From contig JANLHI010000030.1 of NCBI GenBank assembly GCA_024654525.1, positions 2,886 to 66,885 on the forward strand: a DNA stretch of 64,000 nucleotides. Reading direction: 5' to 3'. This DNA is from Patescibacteria group bacterium (GTDB lineage Bacteria > Patescibacteriota > Minisyncoccia > UBA6257 > 2-01-FULL-56-20). The notes under the pieces are model-generated. The model was not told the origin of the DNA, did not search any database, and saw only the letters and a program-made list of their open reading frames with translations. Both the position numbers and the translations under genes were made by a program. The number at the start of each line of letters is the position of its first letter. Position 1 is the stretch's first letter. Positions 36,271 through 46,093 of this stretch are shown piece by piece.

Positions 36271-36636
36271 ATGGAAAAGTTTAACGATTTAATCACAAAA
36301 ATTGAAGCTCTCTCTGTAGTAGAGCTTGCAGAATTAGTAAAAGCACTTGAAGAGAAATTTGGCATTTCTGCGGCTGCGCCGGTTGCGGCAGGAGGTGGTG
36401 CAGGGGCTGTTGCTGAGGAAGAAAAAACAAGTTTTAATGTGATCCTTAAAGAGTCAGGAGCGACAAAGATCAATGTTATTAAAGTTATTCGCGAGGTAAC
36501 CAGCTTGGGGCTTAAGGAGGCAAAGGACTTGGTTGATGGCGCGCCGAAGACGGTGAAGGAAGGATTGAAGAAGGAAGAAGCGGAAGAAGTAAAGAAGAAG
36601 CTTGAAGCGGCAGGAGCGAAGGCAGTGATAGAATAA
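36271..36636 (+). CDS. rplL: 50S ribosomal protein L7/L12
   Basis: N-terminal dimerisation helix, an A/G/E-rich hinge, and the C-terminal domain [27 protein letters not shown]. Confidence 0.9.
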   Translation: MEKFNDLITKIEALSVVELAELVKALEEKFGISAAAPVAAGGGAGAVAEEEKTSFNVILKESGATKINVIKVIREVTSLGLKEAKDLVDGAPKTVKEGLKKEEAEEVKKKLEAAGAKAVIE

Positions 36637-36672
36637 TAAGTAGCATGCAGAACGTAGTAGGGGAGTACAAGA

Positions 36673-36705
36673 AGGCGATCTCGCTTGAGCGGGACGCCTT
36701 TTTGC
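36673..36705 (+). terminator. Rho-independent terminator after rplL
   Basis: Hairpin aggcg...cgcct followed by ttttt. Confidence 0.4.
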
Positions 36706-36801
36706 TTTACTATTTTCAATTGTAGGCATATTTAGTTTTTCACCGCTCATACGCGGGATCCCACGCCGCCGATGGTAGATGGTCGTCCATCTTTGTCGAA
36801 T

Positions 36802-36876
36802 GCACTCTTAGCTCAGTGGTAGAGCGTCCCGTTCACATCGGGAAGGTCGCAGGTTCGATCCCTGCAGAGTGCACCA
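36802..36876 (+). tRNA. tRNA-Val(CAC) with encoded CCA
   Basis: Acceptor GCACTCT/AGAGTGC, anticodon loop TTCACAT, T-arm GCAGG-TTCGATC-CCTGC. Confidence 0.8.
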
Positions 36877-37253
36877 AGCAGAAAAACATCGGCTCGAACC
36901 ATATTTTAATTTTTTGGGAAGAAATTTTTTATGGAGACAAATAATCAGCCTACAAAAAGAGCATACGCGATTTACCACGTCGGTCTGAAAGTTCTCGTTA
37001 AAAAAGGAGACGAATTTTGTTTTTGACGGACGCCGTTGGCAAACATTTTGATTTGCCAGGTGGGAGTGCAAAATTTTTTCGACCCAAATTCGCTTTTCTC
37101 TGCTTGGTGGTGAATCAAGCGAAAGTGCGATAAAATAGGATTAAGCCAATAAACAAATTAATTCAATAAATCCGAAAAGCGAACTTCGCATACTCGGATA
37201 CGTTAGGCGACATTGTGTCCTGTCTAACCTTTTACTAAAATAATTGACACACT

Positions 37254-37892
37254 ATGGAAAACATTACATTGCCACCGGAGCTATCGTCTTCCGTTAGCTC
37301 AGAAAGCAAAGACTTTGCCGTTAAAGCCGGTCGTACTCAACCGTTAAAAAAATCAATTTCTTCAATTCTTTTTGGAACTGTCTGGACCGCATTTACAAGT
37401 ATATTTGTATTTGTCTTTTTGGGCCCGATATTTCAAGGCAAGGAAGTCCATTTTGAATCAAATGGAGTGCCTACTGTTGCTGGTCCTGACAATCTAGGTC
37501 CTATTGTAATACCCGCAATAATTATTGGAATTTTTGTATTAGTTGGAATTGGCATATTGTCTTGGGGGCTTTACTCATTATTCAAAAAAGGAGGCTATTT
37601 TGTCGGCACTCCAACAAGATTGGTGCATTTCCAAAATGGGAATATCAGATCTATTGATTGGGAGCAATTTTCCGGAGATATTGAAGTTAATGGAAATGCC
37701 CAAAAAGGCAACGTTTCACTCCAAATGAGAACTGGCAGAATGGCAAGTAGAAAAAATGGTCCAGACAGATATGTCCCCGATGTTATTTATATTTCGGAAA
37801 TTCCAAATGTATTTGAGGTGGAACAAATTTGTAGAAAAAGAATTAAAGAAAATGATCCTACGCCAACGACAACAGGACACAACATCGCCTAA
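37254..37892 (+). CDS. Membrane protein, hypothetical
   Basis: Two TM helices. Confidence 0.35.
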   Translation: MENITLPPELSSSVSSESKDFAVKAGRTQPLKKSISSILFGTVWTAFTSIFVFVFLGPIFQGKEVHFESNGVPTVAGPDNLGPIVIPAIIIGIFVLVGIGILSWGLYSLFKKGGYFVGTPTRLVHFQNGNIRSIDWEQFSGDIEVNGNAQKGNVSLQMRTGRMASRKNGPDRYVPDVIYISEIPNVFEVEQICRKRIKENDPTPTTTGHNIA

Positions 37893-38037
37893 TACGCAGT
37901 ATGCGACTACGTTTTGCTCCGTACCTCCGCAAGCCTCCACCCATATTTGCCAGTGGCAAGCTCCCGCTGGTCGCAAGTTTTACCACGGGCAAACATCGCA
38001 TATTCCGGAACGTTGTACGAAATAATAAAAATCCCAC

Positions 38038-38400
38038 ATGCCATCAGCGCTTGAGATAGCAAAACGATACTTTGACCTTTCGAATGAAAGTAATTTTGAA
38101 GGAATTCAGGATTTATTTACTGAATCAACGACATATAGTTCAGCCACAACGGGAGTCTACCTCGGTCGTACCGACATCATGGAAATGCAGCGTAAATTCC
38201 ACGCGCAGTTTGAATCCGTACAGTGGAAGGTAAACTCAGTCGAGGAAATAAAGCCGGGTATTGTCCTGTTCGATTTCGAATTCAATGGAAAAAAACGTAG
38301 TGGACAGACTGTTAAAACTGTTGGCGTGGAGTACGTCATTGTGTACAAGGGTAAAATTCAACACATTGAAATTAGAAACAGCGACGGCAGGCCGAGGTAG
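38038..38400 (+). CDS. SnoaL/NTF2-like small protein
   Basis: 120 aa. Its alpha+beta pattern and length fit an NTF2-like fold. The assignment is weak. Confidence 0.3.
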   Translation: MPSALEIAKRYFDLSNESNFEGIQDLFTESTTYSSATTGVYLGRTDIMEMQRKFHAQFESVQWKVNSVEEIKPGIVLFDFEFNGKKRSGQTVKTVGVEYVIVYKGKIQHIEIRNSDGRPR

Positions 38401-38606
38401 ACTCCGTCCAATGACTGGAGGCGGGATTTTATTACTTCGCACAACACCGGATATCCGAAATTTATCTTCGCAAACCCTTGAGTATGCGGTTCAGGAATTT
38501 TTCACATTTATAATTTAAGGTAAGAAAATTTTTTCTCCCAAATTTTTGTTCCGCTATCGTTGCACAAAAACTTCAAAACAAAAGCTTATCAAAAATACTG
38601 CACAAA

Positions 38607-39389
38607 CTATAATTTTATATCGAGAAGAATCCCAAGGTGATCCGAAAGTTTTTCTCCATGACCAAACACATACCGCCACGTTGCCGTGGCGGTGGGGGGG
38701 ATTCCGCGTCCCAATATATAATCTACTTTAAAATTACTGATAATCGGTGAAAAGAGTATAGGAAAACGATAATGATTTCCGCGCACTGAAGGAACAGTCC
38801 CCGGGGTAAGATCCGTGCTTTTTGTCGCTTTAAGAAAACTTCGCAAGAGAGAGCTTTCGGGAGGAACATTTAAATCCCCGACAATAAATGCGGGGATGTG
38901 GCGAGGTACTTTTCGCACCGCGGTGGACATTTCATAGAGCTGGATTCTTTGAATCCGTGCAATACGATGAATAGGGTGGTAGTCACCGGCATAATTGCAG
39001 GTGAGGTGTGTATGAAAAATGCGAAATGGACGAGGGGTATCAAACGAAATTTCCATCCATCCCTTTTCAACAAGCTTATCGGCAAGTGTAATGCTTGACC
39101 ATCGTCCCACATCGGAAAACTCGTTGAATGTCGCGTTGCTCATTGGAAATTTTGAAAATATGCATAATCCCGCACCTGTGCCGAATATGCCGTTTCTTGG
39201 AATATATCGATGGCGCCACTGTTGCAGTGCAGTACTGAATATACGTTTGTGCCATGGTAAAAATATTTCCTGAAGACATACAATGTCGGGATTAAGAGAC
39301 TGGATATGATGCACGATAAGACGCATTCGTTCGGAAGCGCGAGGTGCTACCAACGGAACGCCGAAGCAATTCAAAGTGAGAAGAGTCAT
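38607..39389 (-). CDS. Endonuclease/exonuclease/phosphatase (EEP) family protein
   Basis: DIVCLQE near the N-terminus, a GDLN motif, and a C-terminal SDH. Confidence 0.7.
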   Translation of the reverse strand: MTLLTLNCFGVPLVAPRASERMRLIVHHIQSLNPDIVCLQEIFLPWHKRIFSTALQQWRHRYIPRNGIFGTGAGLCIFSKFPMSNATFNEFSDVGRWSSITLADKLVEKGWMEISFDTPRPFRIFHTHLTCNYAGDYHPIHRIARIQRIQLYEMSTAVRKVPRHIPAFIVGDLNVPPESSLLRSFLKATKSTDLTPGTVPSVRGNHYRFPILFSPIISNFKVDYILGRGIPPTATATWRYVFGHGEKLSDHLGILLDIKL

Positions 39390-39556
39390 GATATGACTAA
39401 TGATTCATCGCTGATAACCTAAACCAATGCAATTATTACTATGGATATATCATAACAAATTGCCATGTGTCATGGGCTTGCATGTGGGGCTTGCGTTGCA
39501 TCTATAATGAGGGGTACCATAAGACAAAAGGTCTTAAATAAACTAGAATTTTTACT

Positions 39557-40711
39557 ATGAACAGTTCGGCAAGAATAGTGTTGGGGTTGGTTATTATTGT
39601 AGCGGTGGTGGCGGGAGTATTCGCGTTTCTTCAGGCGCCTCAGACTGCACATGGTCCCACGGAATCACCTGCGGGAAATGTATCGCCGATTACCATTGGA
39701 TTTATTGCTCCGCTTACGGGGGATGGAGCAGCTTTGGGACAAAATGAGAAAGTGGCAGTGGAGCTTGCAGTCAGTGAAGTGAACATGGCGGGAGGTATTG
39801 GAGGTAGGCCACTCAATGTGATTTATGAGGATGGGCAATGTACGGGGAAAGTCGCGTCAAATGCGGCGAATAAGCTGATAAATGTGGATAACGTACCGGT
39901 GATATTGGGTGGGCTTTGTTCGGGTGAGACAATGTCGTTTGCTGCAGCAGCGGAACAGGCAAAACGCGTAGTGTTGTCTCCTTGTTCATCGGCGCCCGCT
40001 ATTACAGATGCGGGGGATTATATTTTTCGGGATTATCCATCAGATCTTTTCCAAGGGGCGTTTGGGGCAAAGTATGTGTACGAACAACTTGGGAAACGGA
40101 AAGCTGCAATTGTATATGTGAAGAGCGATTATGGTGTTGGGCTTGATAAAGTGTTTCGGGAAGAGTTCACAAATCTTGGAGGTACGATTGTTGCGGATGA
40201 GGGATATGATCAAGCGGCGCGCGATCTTCGTACGCAACTCACAAAAGTGAAAGCGTCGAATCCCGATATTGTATATTTTGTGGGATATACCGAAGGATCC
40301 ACCGTGGGTTTAAAGCAGGCTGCAGATCTTAATCTTGGGGTATCGATGTTTGGTGCGGACGGATGGGGTGATCCAAAATTATGGACAGATGTAGGTGTAG
40401 CGGGAGAAGGGGCAATGTATACGACGGTGTCTGCGCCTCTTTCCGATGATTTCAAAGCAAAGATGAAGGAAAAAACAGGAAGCGAAGAAGTGCTTACTTG
40501 CAGTCCCGGTGCATATGATGGTATTAAGATTCTTGCGCAGGTGATGTCAAAAGTAGGAACTGATCCGACAGCGATTAAGGATGAACTCTATAAAGTGGAG
40601 TATATAGGAGGAGTGTCTGCGGCGCGCGTGGCGTTTGATGAGAATGGCGATCCTGCAGAGGCAAGTTTTGCGGTTAAAGTGGTAAAAGATGGTAAAGCAG
40701 TGATTCGATAA
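39557..40711 (+). CDS. ABC transporter substrate-binding protein (branched-chain amino acid, LivJ/K-like)
   Basis: Signal peptide plus a periplasmic-binding type I fold. The gene precedes livHMGF. Confidence 0.75.
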   Translation: MNSSARIVLGLVIIVAVVAGVFAFLQAPQTAHGPTESPAGNVSPITIGFIAPLTGDGAALGQNEKVAVELAVSEVNMAGGIGGRPLNVIYEDGQCTGKVASNAANKLINVDNVPVILGGLCSGETMSFAAAAEQAKRVVLSPCSSAPAITDAGDYIFRDYPSDLFQGAFGAKYVYEQLGKRKAAIVYVKSDYGVGLDKVFREEFTNLGGTIVADEGYDQAARDLRTQLTKVKASNPDIVYFVGYTEGSTVGLKQAADLNLGVSMFGADGWGDPKLWTDVGVAGEGAMYTTVSAPLSDDFKAKMKEKTGSEEVLTCSPGAYDGIKILAQVMSKVGTDPTAIKDELYKVEYIGGVSAARVAFDENGDPAEASFAVKVVKDGKAVIR

Positions 40712-40806
40712 TTTTTAGCTTCTTGCATAGAGCGAGCAAAAACTCCGAGTATGGAGTTTTTGCTTTTTCTAGGCAGAAGTCGCTACAATACTCTCGAGTG
40801 TGAGAA

Positions 40807-41694
40807 ATGTATATTTGCAATCATTTTATGGAAATCTTTGCACAACTTGTAGCCAACAGCGTTATCGCAGGGGCGACATATACCATCCTCACGTTGGGTT
40901 TTAACCTTATCTACGGCGCGACGAGATTTACGAATATGGCGTATGGCGTAGTAGCTGCTACGGGAGGCTACGCCTTCTTTTTTCTTACGCGTACCGTAGG
41001 ATTGCCAATGATTCCCAGTATCATTGCGGGTGCTTTGTTTTCGGGTGTAGTGGGGGTACTTACTGATCGATTGATATTTTCTCCTTTACGGAAGAAGAAT
41101 GTGAGACCTTCGGTACATGTAATTGCTTCGCTTGGCGCGTTTGTGGCTATTCAAGCTCTTCTCTCGATTTTTTTTGGTGCGGAATTTTGGACATTGCTTC
41201 CTTCGGGTACGGTCCGTGTATTTGATGTAGCGGGAGCTTCCGTAACTGAAGTGCAATGGTGGATTATGGGCATTGCCGCGGCAGTGAGCGGATTATTGTT
41301 TGTAGTTCTCCGTTTTACACTTTTCGGAAAAGTAGTACGAGCACTCTCTGATGATGAAGAAGTAGGGAAAATGCTTGGTATTAATACCGACCGAACAATC
41401 GGCATAGTTTTTTTTATTGGTTCCATGATTGCGGGACTTGGAGGAATTCTTGTGGGGTTTGATACGGGTATTCAGCCGACAATGGGACTTTTCATTCTTA
41501 TTGAAGCGGCAGTCCCTTCTATTATTGGAGGTATCGGTAATCTTGCAGGTGGTGTGATTGCGGCATTTCTGTTTGGGTTTGTTGAGAATTTCGGTATTTG
41601 GTTTATTGCAAGTCAATGGAAAGCCGCGATTGCATTTGGATTGCTTACGCTGTTCCTTATTTTTAAACCGGAGGGGATAATGGGAAAAAAATGA
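40807..41694 (+). CDS. livH: Branched-chain amino acid ABC permease
   Basis: Polytopic protein of LivH type, in an operon. Confidence 0.8.
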   Translation: MYICNHFMEIFAQLVANSVIAGATYTILTLGFNLIYGATRFTNMAYGVVAATGGYAFFFLTRTVGLPMIPSIIAGALFSGVVGVLTDRLIFSPLRKKNVRPSVHVIASLGAFVAIQALLSIFFGAEFWTLLPSGTVRVFDVAGASVTEVQWWIMGIAAAVSGLLFVVLRFTLFGKVVRALSDDEEVGKMLGINTDRTIGIVFFIGSMIAGLGGILVGFDTGIQPTMGLFILIEAAVPSIIGGIGNLAGGVIAAFLFGFVENFGIWFIASQWKAAIAFGLLTLFLIFKPEGIMGKK

Positions 41695-42557
41695 ATTATA
41701 TTCTTCATCTCGGTACTTTTTTTGGGATTTACGCAATACTGGGGATCAGTTTAAATCTACTTGTTGGAGGTACGGGACTTATTTGGATTGCGCATGCGGC
41801 GATTTTTGGTCTTGGCGCGTATGTGCTTGCACTTCTTATGACAAAGGTTGCTTTGAACTTTTTCCTCGCGGCGTTTTTAGGAATGTGTATCGCGGGAATA
41901 GTGGGGTGTATCGCGGCGTGGGTGTTTGCTCGGCTTAGCGGAGACTATTACATGCTTGCAAGTGTGGCGTTTAACTACATCATAGTGAGTGTGTTTATAA
42001 ACTGGGAGAGTCTCACGAACGGTCCTCTTGGAATTTCAGGTATTTCAAGACCTTCTCTTTTTGGAATTTCTTTTGCGGGTAATGAATCCTTTTTTGCATT
42101 AACGTTTCTTTTTCTTGGGCTTGTATATGTTTCTGCGCGGTTGATTATGCATTCATCGTTTGGAAGGGTTATAAAAGCAATTCGCGAAGATGAAGAAGCA
42201 ATACGTGTATTCGGATATCACACTCTCTTGTATAAGATTATGATTTCCGGGATCGCCGCAGCGATGGCGGCGCTTGCCGGAGCTCTTTTTGCTTCATATA
42301 TTGCATTTATAGACCCTTCTAATTTCCATGTTATGGAATCGATATTTATTTTAGGAATAGTGGTTGTGGGTGGGTTTGCGAGTATCCGCGGCTCATTGCT
42401 GGGAGCTTTAATACTTGTGCTTTTGCCGGAAGTTCTTCGCTTTGCAGGGTTTCCACAAGATATTTCCGCACACATGCAACAACTTGTGTATGGAATAGTG
42501 TTGATATTGTTTATGCTCTATCGTCCGCAAGGGTTAATAGGGGAATATAAGTTTTAA
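41691..42557 (+). CDS. livM: Branched-chain amino acid ABC permease
   Basis: Polytopic protein of LivM type, with a 4-nt overlap to livH. Confidence 0.8.
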   Translation: MNYILHLGTFFGIYAILGISLNLLVGGTGLIWIAHAAIFGLGAYVLALLMTKVALNFFLAAFLGMCIAGIVGCIAAWVFARLSGDYYMLASVAFNYIIVSVFINWESLTNGPLGISGISRPSLFGISFAGNESFFALTFLFLGLVYVSARLIMHSSFGRVIKAIREDEEAIRVFGYHTLLYKIMISGIAAAMAALAGALFASYIAFIDPSNFHVMESIFILGIVVVGGFASIRGSLLGALILVLLPEVLRFAGFPQDISAHMQQLVYGIVLILFMLYRPQGLIGEYKF

Positions 42558-42560
42558 TAA

Positions 42561-43319
42561 TTGATGACCATGACACACAATAAAGATATGACAATACTTG
42601 AGATTAAAAATTTGCAAAAGCACTTCGGGGGTGTGTATGCGGTAGATGGACTTTCCTTGAAAATTGAGAAGGGGAGGATTACTGCACTTGTGGGCCCGAA
42701 CGGATCGGGGAAAAGTACGCTTATCAATGTACTTACGGGATTACTTCCCATTGACGGTGGTGTGGTTGCGGTGCGCGGTGCAGAGCTTCAATATATTGTG
42801 TCACAGAAAATTCCCGACTATGGTATTACGAGGACGTTCCAAAATGTACGGCTTTTTGAGCAGATGCCGGTGCTCGACAATATTCTTCTTATACTTACCG
42901 AACGGAATGTATTTGGGGCGTTGTTTGAGCGGCACGGGGAATCTCACCTCAAAAAAGCAGAGGAGGTATTGAGGCTTGTGGGGCTATGGGAAAAACGGAG
43001 TGAACTTGCGATAAATCTTTCCTATGGACAGCGCAAACTTCTTGAAATAGGGAGGGCGTATGCAATGAATTCAGATATTTATCTTTTTGATGAACCATTT
43101 TCGGGGCTCTTTCCTGCGATGGTAAAAACCGTAGAAGAGGTATTCCATGCTTTGAAAGCTTCGGGGAAAACAATCATTCTTGTAGAGCACGACATGGGAT
43201 TAATTCGCCGACTTACGGATTATGTGTTTGTATTGGATTCAGGAAAACTGCTTGCGGAAGGAATTCCTGACGAAGTGCTTGGGAGAAAAGAAGTAGTAGA
43301 GGCATATTTAGGAGAATAA
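42561..43319 (+). CDS. livG: ABC transporter ATP-binding protein
   Basis: Walker A GPNGSGKST, the ABC signature LSYGQRK, and Walker B IYLFDEP. Confidence 0.85.
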   Translation: MMTMTHNKDMTILEIKNLQKHFGGVYAVDGLSLKIEKGRITALVGPNGSGKSTLINVLTGLLPIDGGVVAVRGAELQYIVSQKIPDYGITRTFQNVRLFEQMPVLDNILLILTERNVFGALFERHGESHLKKAEEVLRLVGLWEKRSELAINLSYGQRKLLEIGRAYAMNSDIYLFDEPFSGLFPAMVKTVEEVFHALKASGKTIILVEHDMGLIRRLTDYVFVLDSGKLLAEGIPDEVLGRKEVVEAYLGE

Positions 43320-43377
43320 CGCGCTATAAAATATGAATCATGCGTAATTCTTAATTCGTTATTCATAATCCAAACAC

Positions 43378-44097
43378 ATGAAAGATATTTTACTTGAAGT
43401 TGAAGATATCCATGTTCACTATGGTGGCGTGAAAGCGCTTGATGGTGCGAGTATTATGATTGACGAGGGAGAGGTGATAGCGCTTATGGGGCCGAACGGG
43501 GCGGGAAAGTCCACTATCCTCAAGGCGATATTCGGACTTGCGCCGATTGAGAAGGGAGAAGTGCGTTGGCACGGCGCACCAATCAGGCCGGTGCCACATG
43601 AGATTGTGGCTCGCGGAATTTCTTTCGTGCCACAAGGAAGACGGGTATTTTCCGGATTAAGCGTTGAAGAAAACTTGGAAGTGGGAGGATTTCTTGTGAG
43701 GGATAAAAAAGAGCGTGCAAGGCGCATTGCGGAAGTAATGGATTTTTTTCCTGTGTTGAAGCATAAACGAAAACATGGCGCAGGGATGCTCTCCGGCGGC
43801 GAACAACAAATGCTCGCGATTGCTCGCGGGATGATTACCGACCCAAAAGTACTTTTGCTTGATGAGCCTTCTCTCGGACTTGCCCCGAAAATCGTAAAAG
43901 AAGTATTCGCAAAGATTAAAGAAATCAGCGAGCGGCACAAAACGGCAATTGTGATTGTGGAACATAATCTCGTTTCACTTCTTTCAATTGCGAGTCGCGC
44001 GTATGTGCTCGATAAAGGAAAAGTGGTGGCGGAAGGTGACTCAAAGAAAATAGTGGAAAGCGGGATACTAGAAAGGGTTTTTTTGGGTGGGGTTTGA
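43378..44097 (+). CDS. livF: ABC transporter ATP-binding protein
   Basis: Walker A GPNGAGKST, the signature LSGGEQQ, and LLLDEPS. Confidence 0.85.
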   Translation: MKDILLEVEDIHVHYGGVKALDGASIMIDEGEVIALMGPNGAGKSTILKAIFGLAPIEKGEVRWHGAPIRPVPHEIVARGISFVPQGRRVFSGLSVEENLEVGGFLVRDKKERARRIAEVMDFFPVLKHKRKHGAGMLSGGEQQMLAIARGMITDPKVLLLDEPSLGLAPKIVKEVFAKIKEISERHKTAIVIVEHNLVSLLSIASRAYVLDKGKVVAEGDSKKIVESGILERVFLGGV

Positions 44098-44317
44098 GTA
44101 TTTTTATATGCTTGTGGATAGCTTAAATATTTTCCTTTAAGAAGCCTTTAAAAATAAGGCTTCTTTTTGTTTTGTGGTGCTATTTTCGGTATTTTGACAA
44201 TATAGAGAAGTGGCATAGAATTGAATGAAAGTGGGGGAAAGTGGATAATCTTGTGGATAACTGCCCATTTTAAGACCTTTCTGGGGATAACATTTGTTTC
44301 TCAATACTTATTTTTCA

Positions 44318-44749
44318 ATGCTTCTTGGCGAATATAACCACACGTTAGATGTAAAAGGTCGAGTGGCAATACCCTCTAAATTCAAGGACGCGCTTGGAAC
44401 GGGAGCCATTATCACGCGTGGGTTAGATAATTGTTTGTTTTTGTTTGCGGCGAAAGAATGGGATGTGCTGGCGCAGAAGCTTGTGGCGCTTCCATTGGCG
44501 CAGGCGAACTCGCGTGCATTTGTTCGTTTGATGCTTGCCGGTGCGATGGATGCCTCATTTGATGGTCAGGGAAGAATTTTGATTCCCGATTATCTTCGAA
44601 AATATGCTGACCTTTCGAAGGATGTTACGTTCGCGGGGTTGTACAGCAGAGCGGAAATTTGGGACAGCGCTCGTTGGGTGGAATATAAACGCAAAACCGA
44701 AGGTGCATCGGAAGAAATTGCGGAAAAGTTGGGAGAGTTGGGCATTTGA
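44318..44749 (+). CDS. mraZ: Transcriptional regulator MraZ
   Basis: MLLGEYNHTLDVKGRVAIP, with two MraZ repeats. The start is Met9 of the tracked ORF. Confidence 0.8.
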   Translation: MLLGEYNHTLDVKGRVAIPSKFKDALGTGAIITRGLDNCLFLFAAKEWDVLAQKLVALPLAQANSRAFVRLMLAGAMDASFDGQGRILIPDYLRKYADLSKDVTFAGLYSRAEIWDSARWVEYKRKTEGASEEIAEKLGELGI

Positions 44750-44810
44750 AATGTAAAACTCAAAAATCTAATCAAATTTTATTTTGATATTTACATTTTG
44801 AACTTTCTCC

Positions 44811-45698
44811 ATGCATATTCCTGTTCTTTTAGAAGAAATTGTACAAATTCTTAAATGTGAGCCCGGAGACTTTTTCATCGATGGCACGATAAACGGAGGG
44901 GGGCATGCGGATGTCGTTCTTCAGAAAATCGGGGTACAGGGGAAGTTACTGGGAATTGACTGGGACGAACAGGTGCTTGCAAAGGGGAGGGCACGGATAG
45001 GATCGAACGGTAATGTAATTCTTGTGCACGGGAATTATGCGGATATTCCCAAAATTCTCGAGGATAACAGATTGCCAAAGGCGGACGCATTGCTTCTTGA
45101 TCTCGGGTTTTCTTCCGAACAAATGAATACATCGGGGAAAGGATTCAGTTTTTCGAGTGATGAACCTCTTGTGATGACGTATGACGCTGACAGTGAATCG
45201 GTAGCGGATATCTTACGGCGAATAGACGAGAAAGAGCTTGTCCGTGTAATTCGGGATTACGGAGAAGAGAGATATGCGCCGGAGATTGCACATGCGATTG
45301 TGCGTCATGAGAAAAAGTCGCCGATCACTTCTTCTTCCGAGCTTGCAGAAATTATACGTGGTGCGGTGTCTCCCGGATATGAAAGAGGGAGAATACATCC
45401 CGCAACGAGGACATTCCAGGCACTCCGTATTTATGCAAATAAAGAACTTGAGAATCTTCAATGTGTGATTCGAGAATTGCCGAATATAGTGCGTGTAGGC
45501 GGGCGTGCGGTAATTATTTCCTTCCATTCGCTTGAAGACAGGATAGTGAAGAATATGTTTCGGGACATGGCGAAAGAGGGGAAATTCTCGATTCTCACAA
45601 AAAAAGCGTTGGTTGCTTCTCATAAAGAGATTTCACGGAATCCTCGAAGCCGATCGGCAAAAATGAGAGCAGTGGAAATATGCGTAAATGACGAATAA
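44811..45698 (+). CDS. rsmH: 16S rRNA (cytosine1402-N4)-methyltransferase
   Basis: MHIPVLLEE...DGTINGGGHA and DLGFSS motifs. Confidence 0.85.
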   Translation: MHIPVLLEEIVQILKCEPGDFFIDGTINGGGHADVVLQKIGVQGKLLGIDWDEQVLAKGRARIGSNGNVILVHGNYADIPKILEDNRLPKADALLLDLGFSSEQMNTSGKGFSFSSDEPLVMTYDADSESVADILRRIDEKELVRVIRDYGEERYAPEIAHAIVRHEKKSPITSSSELAEIIRGAVSPGYERGRIHPATRTFQALRIYANKELENLQCVIRELPNIVRVGGRAVIISFHSLEDRIVKNMFRDMAKEGKFSILTKKALVASHKEISRNPRSRSAKMRAVEICVNDE

Positions 45699-45775
45699 GA
45701 AATTACGAATTATGGATAAGCTCATATTTAAATTCTTTTATTCCTAATTCCTAATTTTTAATTCAAAACCATACT

Positions 45776-46093
45776 ATGACTTTTATAAAACCAAACAACA
45801 AAAAAAATATATTAAATGTGATGCTGGTATGTATGGTGTGTGTATTAGTGGTGAGCGCAATAGGATTGGTTTTCGTATATAATAGATTTGCAGATATTGA
45901 TCGTGATCTCCGCGCTTCAAAAGAAGAATTCCAAAAACTTGAAGCAAAGAATGCAAAATTAAGAAGTGATCTCCTTTCTCTTTTTGACAGTGCGCGACTC
46001 GCGACGTTTGCAAGTGCATATTCTTTGGTGCGGGAAAAGAATCCCGCGTATATAGAAACTGATACGCAATGGCAATTCGCTTCTGGTTGGTAA
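45776..46093 (+). CDS. ftsL: Cell division protein FtsL-like
   Basis: Single TM helix followed by a coiled coil. It lies between rsmH and ftsI. Confidence 0.5.
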   Translation: MTFIKPNNKKNILNVMLVCMVCVLVVSAIGLVFVYNRFADIDRDLRASKEEFQKLEAKNAKLRSDLLSLFDSARLATFASAYSLVREKNPAYIETDTQWQFASGW

